This document shows positions 47,601-55,054 of a stretch of 55,575 nucleotides of DNA, piece by piece; within the stretch, counting starts at the first letter, position 1; each line of letters begins with the position of its first letter. Below the pieces are notes generated by a model. The model was given only the letters and a program-made list of their open reading frames with translations. It was not told the DNA's origin and searched no databases. A program made the translations under genes and the position numbers. The DNA lies in NCBI GenBank assembly GCA_023270185.1, contig JAGLCY010000029.1, forward strand, positions 1-55,575, given 5' to 3'. The DNA comes from Candidatus Krumholzibacteriia bacterium. GTDB taxonomy: Bacteria > Krumholzibacteriota > Krumholzibacteriia > LZORAL124-64-63.

Positions 47601-50600
47601 GGGCGCCGAAGCTGTCCGATGGGCAACCGACCAGACAGGTCGGGTCATGGATCTTCCGGATTCCGATCCTCGCGGACGTTATCCCGTGGATGGAAGGATT
47701 CTGTCCCTGGTCAACGATTGGTTGGCGACCCGACCAGTTGATTCTCCACTTGTCAAGCCCGGGGCACGCTCCGGGGAGAGTCCGGTCATGCCGGCCAAGG
47801 GCGTGAACCTTTTATTGGGAGATGAGTCCGCCACCTTGCTTGAAATCATGAACCGGGTTGCCGAAGCCTGGGAGCGGGGGCGCGTGGAGGACTGGATTCT
47901 GTTGGTCGCCGACGCCGCCCCTGGCGGAGCCGCGGACCTTGTGGCCGGCGCCGGGATGGCGGGGATTTCCATATGGGCCGGAGGTTCGGACGGTCAGGTC
48001 CCGTCACCCTTGATCTGGGTTGAACCGGAGGATTTCGGCGATCCTGGATTGGGGGCTTTCCTGAAGGTTCATCCACCCACCATCGTGGTGGCGGGTGATG
48101 TTGCCGACTGGATGCCAGGTCCCGACAGAGAGGCCCAGGAAACTGCTCTTGCCCTTCGGATGATCCTGGATTGCGGTGCGGAAACCGTCCTGCTGCATAC
48201 GTCGGCGCTTACCGATTCCCGGGTCCGTTTCCTGGTCTCGGCTTGTGGGGCCAACCTGATGGCCGACGGCATGGAAAATTCCACGGCTTCCGCCCTGCCG
48301 ACGGTTCCCACCATTGAAGGGCTTTGCCTGGACTGCGGACAGGCGAGGGACGCGACGGAAGTGGTCCGGCGGCTTGGCGCCCTTTTTCCCCGGCTGCGTG
48401 ACCTGTCGTCGCCCAGGGTGGACGGGCAGGACGAACCTGACGCTTTACTGCCTCCACCACCAGGTCGCCAGTTGTTGTCTTTGGCTTGGCTGGGTAATCT
48501 GGCGGGTGTCGCGGCAGCCGACATCGCCGAAGGAGTTCGTCTGTTGCGCTGGGCCGCCCGACTCGCGGGTGATTCCCTGTCATCGGCCGGGTCGGAAAGG
48601 TCGGTTGATCCTCGCCAGAGCAAAGGTCATACCCTGGTTATTCCCCGGCGATTCGTGGACATGGAGAAAGCCCTCGAACAACTGGAGGGGAATCTGGGGG
48701 TGATGCTGCCCATGTGGTTGGGTGGCGGTGCCCCAGGCAATCTCAACTGGGTCGATCTGGAGTATCCCCCTGCCAGGATCGACGATACCGAGCTCAACCT
48801 GTTGGACTGTTTCCTGATGTGGAACGGGTCACGGGATGAGTCCGGAACCGATGAGTCCCCCGAGGCCCAATCCGGTTTGATCTATTGCTGTCCGCGGGGT
48901 CTGCTTCATTCGACCCAGCGTCTGGTGGGATGCGGTCTTCCTTTCGGTGAGGTCATGCAGGACCTGGCCAAACGATTGAGATTGTTCCGCTCGCGGATCG
49001 AGGAAATCATGGCGGGGGCCCTGGAAACGGGGGAGGGTTTCCTTGTCGAAACGGGACTTACGGATCTGCGCCCCGAAGAAAAATCATTCCTGGGACTCGG
49101 CGCCGCCCTCGGCTTCTGGCGTTGGATCGGTCCACCTTGTCATGGCGCCATCCATTTGGTGGATCTGTTGACTTTGGCAGACAGCAGGACGGTCCGTGAC
49201 CGGTCCCACGGGTGGGAACTGGTGCGCTCTGAAGCGGTTGGCCGCTATCCTGGATTCGGGCCGGGAAACACCGGTACGCGGGCGCTGGAACCCTCCATTG
49301 CGGTATCGGGTCGGGGATTGCGCGGTTTCCGCTCGCTGATGGCCGGGGGCGCAGAAAAGCGGGACGATCTTGACTCCGTGGTGGCAAGGGTCGCCGATCT
49401 GGCTCAAGGTGTGGACAGCGCCTCCCTTCTCGTTCTCAAGGGCGTGTTCGGGTCAGGACGCCACGAGGCCCTCGGGCGTGGATTGCTGAAGGCCGGTCAG
49501 GCGGCCGGGAACATTCCGGAGATCACTGTTTACTGTCCGGATGAAGCAGTGGCGGCCATGGTTTGTCGCGAATTTTTACGTCTCGGTTTGTCGGGCCCGC
49601 TGGATGTCCGGGTGTCTCACGCCGACCCTGCCCGGTCCGAAACCCCATCAGCAAGGACCTCTCTGGCCGACCCCTCGTCCGCTCTGGTTGTCATGTGTGA
49701 AGCACAGCGGTTTGACCCCGAAACACGTTATCGGATCGCTCAGACCGGACGTGGACGACGGCTGCTCATGACCGTGGATCCGGTGGCTACTCTCGAACCC
49801 TGGGAACATCTCTTCCTTACCACGCCGCGCACCAGTGATATCGTTGATCTGCCCGGTCAGCGCAGGTCGGCCAGGAAACTGTGGTCGGAAGTCCGCAGAC
49901 TGGTCCCTTCCGAATACCAGAATGGAAGTGTCCAGCGCCGGGACAAGGGAGTTCTGATCTCGGACTATGCCGCCAACCTGGACCAGTGTCTGTCACGGGT
50001 GGTTCATGAACACCAAGCCGGTAAACTCATGGCTCCGTTGCGGATGACCGCCCCCATGCCAGGGGATCTGGAGTATCTTGGTTCGTCCATCAGGGATCGC
50101 GGCTGGCTGGCTGTTTTGGAAACCCGGTTGGAAAGTCTGTTCTTGCCCGGGCCCCGGGAGTTTCTGGCCGCGGCTACCGACCACCTCGCGTTGGGAGGCC
50201 ATATGGATGAAGTCCTGGGCCTGCCGGCCGGATCCGATGAGAAGCCTGATCTGTTGATTCCCCGTTTGCTGGGGCCGGGCGGAGTGGCGGCCTGGAAGGA
50301 TTGGGTGGCCGGACGGGATTTTTCGGCTGACATCACCCTGAACGAATTCGCGGCATTGATGGAGCCGACCAATTGGGCCAATACTTTCCTGGCTCGTCCC
50401 GCGGCCAGGACACGGATTCTGCGTTTTCTTGAACAGTATGGCGAGGAACCATTGTCCGTTTTGAGAACGGTGCCCCTGTGGGAGGCCTGGTGGTATATGA
50501 TGTTGGATGATGTGACAGCCAAGGGTCCCCGTTATCGTCGGCCCCTGGCGGTCCTGACTTCCGCCGCCAGACCGCTTGGGTGCGCCATGCCCGGGATGGC

Positions 50601-50721
50601 GTACCTGTGCCTGGGGACCGAGCCTGTCGGGCAGCATTATGAATCCCTGGTCAGGGTCACCGACAGTCTCCTGGTCCTGTACCAGGAGAAGTCCCCCTTG
50701 CCTTCGGAAGCGCCCGAATAA
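44608..50721 (+). CDS. Giant (2,037 aa) cytoplasmic protein of unknown function; the C-terminal ~450 aa resemble a degenerate SF1 helicase/P-loop core
   Basis: A 6,114-nt uninterrupted ORF with the same G/C-ending codon style as its neighbours. No signal peptide or TM is seen. No family motif is recognised in the first ~1,600 aa. The C-terminus carries ordered but mutated Walker A / motif II / III / V-VI-like strings (see findings). Confidence 0.85.
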   Translation: MEKDNLSEPNYWKILSAAEETLAKGDFAGSEYLFHDASGRRDRSPGRVFFSEKLTDGLKGLLNKTTHGDERESDSPGRWSRRTFDFRSRFLALGEKTVREGVRVAQLRPEDDPATNQPVLEAALFLVARSSIFQEEPSSAVPLLKGLFRTACRTARPFDFNLVRHDLPLTEEDRLWLAGKGGELFDVFIEQEVLVPGSAEAGEWARVVLQLLEPRYFGSAGRLEEERSWLEAVTADRLLGRAAASVELYRAYLGVGSISGARNDEARVRLLELMGNTDAEHFPVPRYDEAVSALSPDGLSPGSSLVSRWESARACIDYRRPLSGTNEDHSGAWASLALEPDGCVTIVFWWDDEPRDVAYWRQGENTGPLDEFLAPCRGRLVAYDEAVSPFVSTAWREAPASWTVREFMGAVMESRLPEHGLDQETLLGLCLAETGPWRTGWNPAAGHPELEPPRSSSLLETWEEGPAAGALVAGLSWLAVRNRVASGDPALRAGIGELARRGDPASMFIYGFITMDSHGDSGLDAAFQPWTLPLLWTRPDPFGWTTSGVSGRGEISKSSDHGIRLDLGRNDLAIVSTGEPTSVLAAWGDGSQRWRVVLDRLDRLESLAQVAQGVIGPVTLIPPAGTVHSLGAALEFLESLLTDVRPEQDALLPLFHWLRLVETHNGDLLDFRQVRPRPSGLFPLYDRYAEAIGFLNREEPRLDPEGHLDSWAGQFSQRVRKAGLVAGPVDHLAVTPDRLDSLWGVFEGSDVSWVFLDSAAIHWTLLRRGGVGIQEIHALLHSRGRRHLSLLTGAVWLPSELEALLGSWLGVFGNPYCLSLTDGRPPTLRLADKGIQPEARVLVSEALASQATWLDRAFVESGGGFIQLPVEGRAAAFWNSVSNGEVALAGRNWNFVPPVNDEPHESPRGGGMLAVPSLASLEIEAMPVARSDTRADWAKADSERSTFFSWRRQVCSLEIAAYLAGPWETVAILDTRWWRLLLKGIPSGSVTETVQSSPGAEAVRWATDQTGRVMDLPDSDPRGRYPVDGRILSLVNDWLATRPVDSPLVKPGARSGESPVMPAKGVNLLLGDESATLLEIMNRVAEAWERGRVEDWILLVADAAPGGAADLVAGAGMAGISIWAGGSDGQVPSPLIWVEPEDFGDPGLGAFLKVHPPTIVVAGDVADWMPGPDREAQETALALRMILDCGAETVLLHTSALTDSRVRFLVSACGANLMADGMENSTASALPTVPTIEGLCLDCGQARDATEVVRRLGALFPRLRDLSSPRVDGQDEPDALLPPPPGRQLLSLAWLGNLAGVAAADIAEGVRLLRWAARLAGDSLSSAGSERSVDPRQSKGHTLVIPRRFVDMEKALEQLEGNLGVMLPMWLGGGAPGNLNWVDLEYPPARIDDTELNLLDCFLMWNGSRDESGTDESPEAQSGLIYCCPRGLLHSTQRLVGCGLPFGEVMQDLAKRLRLFRSRIEEIMAGALETGEGFLVETGLTDLRPEEKSFLGLGAALGFWRWIGPPCHGAIHLVDLLTLADSRTVRDRSHGWELVRSEAVGRYPGFGPGNTGTRALEPSIAVSGRGLRGFRSLMAGGAEKRDDLDSVVARVADLAQGVDSASLLVLKGVFGSGRHEALGRGLLKAGQAAGNIPEITVYCPDEAVAAMVCREFLRLGLSGPLDVRVSHADPARSETPSARTSLADPSSALVVMCEAQRFDPETRYRIAQTGRGRRLLMTVDPVATLEPWEHLFLTTPRTSDIVDLPGQRRSARKLWSEVRRLVPSEYQNGSVQRRDKGVLISDYAANLDQCLSRVVHEHQAGKLMAPLRMTAPMPGDLEYLGSSIRDRGWLAVLETRLESLFLPGPREFLAAATDHLALGGHMDEVLGLPAGSDEKPDLLIPRLLGPGGVAAWKDWVAGRDFSADITLNEFAALMEPTNWANTFLARPAARTRILRFLEQYGEEPLSVLRTVPLWEAWWYMMLDDVTAKGPRYRRPLAVLTSAARPLGCAMPGMAYLCLGTEPVGQHYESLVRVTDSLLVLYQEKSPLPSEAPE

Positions 50722-50826
50722 TCGGGAAACCCCGTTTCCACCGGGCTTGTTTCCGGACTGGGCAATGACTAGTTTCGGTATCGTACCTTGTCGAAATATT
50801 CCACAGCCTGCCAAGGAGATTCGTCC

Positions 50827-52227
50827 ATGGACCTGCCCTTCGAACCCTACCGTATCAAGGTCGTCGAGAAGATCCAGAGGGTCAGCCGCGAAGAGCGGGT
50901 TAAACATTTGCGCGCCGCCGGGTACAACCTTTTCAAGATCCCGGCCGAAGCCATCTACGTCGATCTGTTGACCGACAGCGGGACCGGCGCCATGAGCGAT
51001 CTGCAATGGGCCGCGCTCATGAGTGGCGACGAAGCGTACGCCTGCAGTAAATCATTCGCCGAATTCGAGAGCACCATCAAGGACATCTACGGTTACAAGC
51101 ATGTTATTCCCACCCACCAGGGTCGGGCGGCCGAGGGCATGCTTTTTACCGTGACACTCAAACCCGGTGACGTTGTGCCCAACAACATCCACTTCGACAC
51201 CACCCGGGCGAACGTGGAACACATCGGGGCCATCGCCCTGGACTGCATCGGCGCCGAGGGGCTGGATCCCGCAACCGAGGGTCCATTCAAGGGGAACATG
51301 TCGCTGGATAATTTGCGGGCCGCTTTTGATAAATACGGGACACCCCGCATTCCCTTCGTGATGCTGACGATCACCAACAACAGTGGTGGTGGCCAACCGG
51401 TTTCCATGGCCAACATGAAAGCTGTTTCCGCCTTCTGCCGCGAAGTTGGTGTGCCTCTTATCCTGGACGCCTGCCGTTTTGCCGAGAACGCCTGGTTCAT
51501 CCAGCAACGGGAAGAGGGTTACGCCGACAAGGAGATCAAGGATATCTGCCGGGAAATGTTCGCCCTGGCGCAGGGTTGCACCATGAGCGCCAAGAAGGAC
51601 GGCCTGGTCAACATCGGCGGTTTCCTGTGCCTCGACGACGACGCCTGGGCGCAGGACGTCACCAACCTGCTCATCCTGCGGGAGGGTTTCCCTACTTATG
51701 GAGGGCTGGCCGGACGCGATCTGGCGGCCATCGCACAGGGGCTCCGAGAGGTGCTGGACCCTGATTACCTGGCCTATCGCATCGGACAGGTTGCCCGACT
51801 GGGCAGGCGTCTCGACGAACTTGGTGTGCCGTACCTGCGGCCCACCGGGGGTCACGCCGTCTACCTGGATGCCCGCAAGGCTCTTCCACACATTCCGCAA
51901 TCACAGTTTCCGGCCCAGGTATTCACAGCCGCCCTTTATCTCGAAGGCGGCGTCAGGGGCGTCGAGATAGGCAGCCTCATGTTCGAGCACAAGGATCCTG
52001 ATACGGGGGAGATGGTCAGTCCGGCGATGGAACTGGTCCGGCTCGCGATCCCTCGCCGGGTCTACACACATACCCAACTGGATTACGTTGCTGAATCATG
52101 CGCGCGGGTCATGGAGATCGGCGAAAGGCTTCGTGGGTTGAAAATCACCTGGGAGCCTCCGGCTCTGCGGCATTTCACCGCTTCGCTGGAACCTGTCGGC
52201 GGCGGCAAGATGATTGCGAAAGCTTGA
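50827..52227 (+). CDS. Beta-eliminating lyase (tryptophanase / tyrosine phenol-lyase family, PLP-dependent)
   Basis: ATG at 50827 is 9 nt after AAGGAG. The product has FEPYRIKVVE, DLLTDSGTGAMS and THQGRAAE. The PLP-lysine region is SAKKDGLVNIGGF, followed by AVYLDA. I cannot tell Trp-specific from Tyr-specific by eye. Confidence 0.88.
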   Translation: MDLPFEPYRIKVVEKIQRVSREERVKHLRAAGYNLFKIPAEAIYVDLLTDSGTGAMSDLQWAALMSGDEAYACSKSFAEFESTIKDIYGYKHVIPTHQGRAAEGMLFTVTLKPGDVVPNNIHFDTTRANVEHIGAIALDCIGAEGLDPATEGPFKGNMSLDNLRAAFDKYGTPRIPFVMLTITNNSGGGQPVSMANMKAVSAFCREVGVPLILDACRFAENAWFIQQREEGYADKEIKDICREMFALAQGCTMSAKKDGLVNIGGFLCLDDDAWAQDVTNLLILREGFPTYGGLAGRDLAAIAQGLREVLDPDYLAYRIGQVARLGRRLDELGVPYLRPTGGHAVYLDARKALPHIPQSQFPAQVFTAALYLEGGVRGVEIGSLMFEHKDPDTGEMVSPAMELVRLAIPRRVYTHTQLDYVAESCARVMEIGERLRGLKITWEPPALRHFTASLEPVGGGKMIAKA

Positions 52228-52247
52228 TCGCGGAAGGTGGATCCGGA

Positions 52248-52913
52248 ATGACTGTCCCTCCGCTTCAGGTTTCCTGCGTGGGAATGCCGGACGACCTGGT
52301 CGTTGCGTTGGCGCCCTTGGTCGAAGTGGCGGCCAAGGCCCTTGACATGGGCCGTGATGTATCGGGTGTCCGGATCTGCGGTGATGACATGCCGGGAGAT
52401 GACGGCCCCTGGTATCGTCTCCAGCCGGGTTCCCATGCCGGTGAATTGCCGGAGCTGATCCTGTTCTGTCATGGGGGGTGTTTCGGGCGCCGGGATCGGG
52501 CGGGGAACTCGTTGAATCCACCACCGGCCATCTGGGAACAGTCGCCAGCGCCCGAGGTGGAGCTGTCCGAAGGTATGATGGGGTTTTCGGCGGAAAGATC
52601 GGCGATCTTTCTGCATCACCACCTGTTGACCGCGCGGGATCTGGTCCGTGGAGACGTGGTGGGACGGAATCTTCCCGCGGGTCTGACAGAAGCCTTTACC
52701 GAGTCCTGGGCCGTTGTCGTGGATGGACGACTGGTCCGACAGGGCTTGCCCGGTTTTCCCCTGGCCGAAAGGCGGGGCCGGTTCGCCCAGGTGTTTTCTC
52801 CCGCGGGTATTCTTTTGCCGGACCATTGGCAGGTATTTGAGTCTCTCTGGGATGGAGCCCTGTCGAGCCAACAGGATGTCCTGGACGTAGTCAAAAAGTT
52901 GCCGGGCCTTTGA
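52248..52913 (+). CDS. Hypothetical protein (221 aa), translationally close-coupled to the lyase
   Basis: ATG at 52248 is 21 nt after the lyase stop, with GGAAGGTGGA upstream. The + frame has genome-typical codons, whereas the antisense ORF 52083..52871 translates to R/G/P/Q-rich junk. No recognisable motif. Confidence 0.55.
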   Translation: MTVPPLQVSCVGMPDDLVVALAPLVEVAAKALDMGRDVSGVRICGDDMPGDDGPWYRLQPGSHAGELPELILFCHGGCFGRRDRAGNSLNPPPAIWEQSPAPEVELSEGMMGFSAERSAIFLHHHLLTARDLVRGDVVGRNLPAGLTEAFTESWAVVVDGRLVRQGLPGFPLAERRGRFAQVFSPAGILLPDHWQVFESLWDGALSSQQDVLDVVKKLPGL

Positions 52914-53030
52914 TTAACGATTTCCCGGGAGTGATTCAACGGGTTGCCGGGGGCCCGCTGTCCGGTGTCGTGGGAATGCATTTGCTTTTTACCCCCGGAT
53001 ACCCCAATTTCATGGTGTCGAAGGCAACTG

Positions 53031-53059
53031 TTGACGGTTTTCAAGTCCGGATCTAAAGT
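53031..53059 (+). promoter_or_regulatory. Candidate sigma70 promoter for the lipoprotein gene
   Basis: TTGACG (53031-53036), 17-nt spacer, TAAAGT (53054-53059). The direct repeat AAGTCCGGA x2 overlaps the spacer and -10 box. Confidence 0.45.
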
Positions 53060-53118
53060 CCGGACCTAGTCTGTTCCCACCTGCAAGGCCAGGAGCATAC
53101 CTTTTGGGAGGTTGGTTC

Positions 53119-54009
53119 ATGTTCGGTGTTTCTTCCGCGCGTCGCTGGGTTTCGGTTATGCTGCTCGGTCTGCTGGCCATGACTTTCGTCGTCCTTTCCG
53201 GTTGCGGAGAAAAGGAAGCAGTGGACCCCTACGTCTATGACTCCCTCCGCCGGGTCACCCGTGGCGACACCCTCAGCACAAATTTCCTTTTCGAGATCGA
53301 TGCTCCCGAGTTCGATTATGTCCGTGGCAACACCGCCCTGGTGCGTGACGGGAACCTCCTTGAGTTCCTGGTCGGCGAGGACCTCGAACACAATTACAGG
53401 AATTTGTCCGGAACCCTTCTGGGTGTGAGAAAAACATTCTCCCCGGCCCCGACACATCTGGTGATCCAGCGGATCAAGCGCGGTGGCGTTGTTGAAGCCG
53501 ACAGTCTGCCGGTGCCGCCCCACTACACGCTGCCTACGCTGCTGCGTGCCGGAGCCGTGGATCTCGAGACCCCGGGCGCCCCGCTGCCCGATCTCGGTTG
53601 GAAGACCAAAGACCTGAAGGAAGCCCGCGCCACCTATCTGCCCGAGGAAGAGGGCGACGACCTGAAGCCCATCCAGACCGGCATCGAGACTTTCGTGTAC
53701 ATGCCACGCCACGACCTGGCTGATTCGGTGAAGGCCAATCCTTCCGCCGAGGATTTCGCCTGGTACGCCGTGTTCGCCGAGTCGTCGGTTGAAATTACCG
53801 AACTGACCGACGGGGCGGAATGGATGTTGCATCTCCTGTTGGCCAAGGATCTGCCGCTCATCGGGTCGTTCTCGATGCTCTCCATCGAGGATGAGTACAA
53901 GAAGCGCAAGATCGAGCACGAAACCCTCGGTCACGTTGTTGGAACCATGAAGATCAACTGGTTCAAGTTCGGCAATACCTTCGTTGAAGGGGCCGAACGG
54001 GATATCTGA
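53119..54009 (+). CDS. Lipoprotein of unknown function
   Basis: ATG at 53119 is 7 nt after GGGAGG. The signal peptide has the lipobox MLLGLLAMTFVVLSGC. No recognisable domain. Confidence 0.65.
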   Translation: MFGVSSARRWVSVMLLGLLAMTFVVLSGCGEKEAVDPYVYDSLRRVTRGDTLSTNFLFEIDAPEFDYVRGNTALVRDGNLLEFLVGEDLEHNYRNLSGTLLGVRKTFSPAPTHLVIQRIKRGGVVEADSLPVPPHYTLPTLLRAGAVDLETPGAPLPDLGWKTKDLKEARATYLPEEEGDDLKPIQTGIETFVYMPRHDLADSVKANPSAEDFAWYAVFAESSVEITELTDGAEWMLHLLLAKDLPLIGSFSMLSIEDEYKKRKIEHETLGHVVGTMKINWFKFGNTFVEGAERDI

Positions 54010-54039
54010 TCCCCTTCCTGTCTGGTGGAAGAAAAAGAG

Positions 54040-54071
54040 CGGGCTCCCTGTCGGGGAGCCCGTGTTTTTTT
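54040..54071. terminator. Bidirectional rho-independent terminator (lipoprotein gene / pfkA)
   Basis: CGGGCTCCC (54040-54048) / GGGAGCCCG (54054-54062) with loop TGTCG, then a T8 tract. An A-rich run lies upstream, so it also works on the - strand. Confidence 0.85.
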
Positions 54072-54094
54072 CAATGGATAGTCCGTTATAAAGG

Positions 54095-55054
54095 CTAAAC
54101 GAGGGTTTCCATCAGTCTGGCGTCCCGGAGAACGGCCTTGGCGGACACCTTGGTTTTTTTATCCAGACTGCTGGTCTTGAACTTGTTGGCCACCACACCG
54201 ACCATCACCCCGTGATTCCCTTCCAAGAGCATCTCGGTGGCCCGATGACCCAGGCGGGAAGCCAGGATGCGGTCGTACCCCGAGGGTGATCCGCCCCGCT
54301 GGACATGGCCCAGCACCACCATGCGGACACCCCTTTGCAGTCGCTCCTTGATTTCATAGGAGATGTAGGATGCCTTGCCGGCCCCTTCGGCGACGATGAT
54401 GATGGCGTGCTGCTTGCCCCGCTGGTATCCCTTGGCGATGTTCCGGCAAACATCGTCCAGGTTGAAGGGAATCTCAGGCAGCAGAACCTCCTCGGCGCCC
54501 GTCGCGATGGCCGTTTGCGCGGCCAGAAGTCCGTACTCGCGTCCCATCACTTCGATGACGAAGATCCGACCGTGGCTGGTGGCCGTGTCGCGGACCTTGT
54601 CCACCGCCTCGATGGCGATGTTCAGGGCCGTGTCGAAACCGATGGAGATGTCGGTACCGGGGATGTCGTTGTCGATGGTCGCCGGAACGCCCACCACCGG
54701 CAGATCGAACTCCCTGGTCAATTTTGTCCCGCCACGGAAACTGCCGTCACCGCCAATGATGACCATGCCGTCGAGATTCAGTTTGTCGAGAGTCCTGGCG
54801 ACCGGGGCGGTGCCTTCGTCGGTGGCGAACTCGGGATAGCGGAAGGTCCGCAGGATGGTTCCTCCCTGGTGGAGGATCCCGCTGACCGAGCGGGGTGTCA
54901 GTTTCACGGTGGAGCCCTCGGCCAGGCCTTGCCAACCCTTCTTGATGCCGATGACTTCGGCCCCCATCCGGGAAGCGGTGCGCACGACGGCTCTGAGTGC
55001 CGTGTTCATGCCGGCAGCATCGCCACCGCCCGTTAAAACTCCGATTCGTTTCAT
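54095..55054 (-). CDS. pfkA: ATP-dependent 6-phosphofructokinase
   Basis: MKRIGVLTGGGDAAGMN, IIGGDGSFRG (a Gly, not Asp, in GGDGS favours ATP dependence), PATIDND and MGREYG. Confidence 0.93.
   Translation of the reverse strand: MKRIGVLTGGGDAAGMNTALRAVVRTASRMGAEVIGIKKGWQGLAEGSTVKLTPRSVSGILHQGGTILRTFRYPEFATDEGTAPVARTLDKLNLDGMVIIGGDGSFRGGTKLTREFDLPVVGVPATIDNDIPGTDISIGFDTALNIAIEAVDKVRDTATSHGRIFVIEVMGREYGLLAAQTAIATGAEEVLLPEIPFNLDDVCRNIAKGYQRGKQHAIIIVAEGAGKASYISYEIKERLQRGVRMVVLGHVQRGGSPSGYDRILASRLGHRATEMLLEGNHGVMVGVVANKFKTSSLDKKTKVSAKAVLRDARLMETLV

Noticed and set aside
40867-50721. Reading the protease + giant ORF pair as a known anti-phage system (e.g. a Druantia-like giant helicase, a Gabija/Hachiman-type helicase partner, or an Avs/STAND NTPase).
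   Set aside because: The helicase-like motifs are all catalytically substituted. There is no nuclease, methylase, DUF1998-like Cys cluster or STAND architecture that I can see. The partner is an exported T9SS-tailed protease rather than a cytoplasmic effector. The locus sits in a core-genome context without mobile elements. This is kept as 'unknown', not assigned to a defence family.
50722-50826. A tnaC-like leader peptide upstream of the beta-eliminating lyase.
   Set aside because: The only ATG in the spacer (ATG ACT AG, near 50765) opens a 2-codon ORF. No Trp-containing leader peptide and no rut/terminator arrangement is visible.
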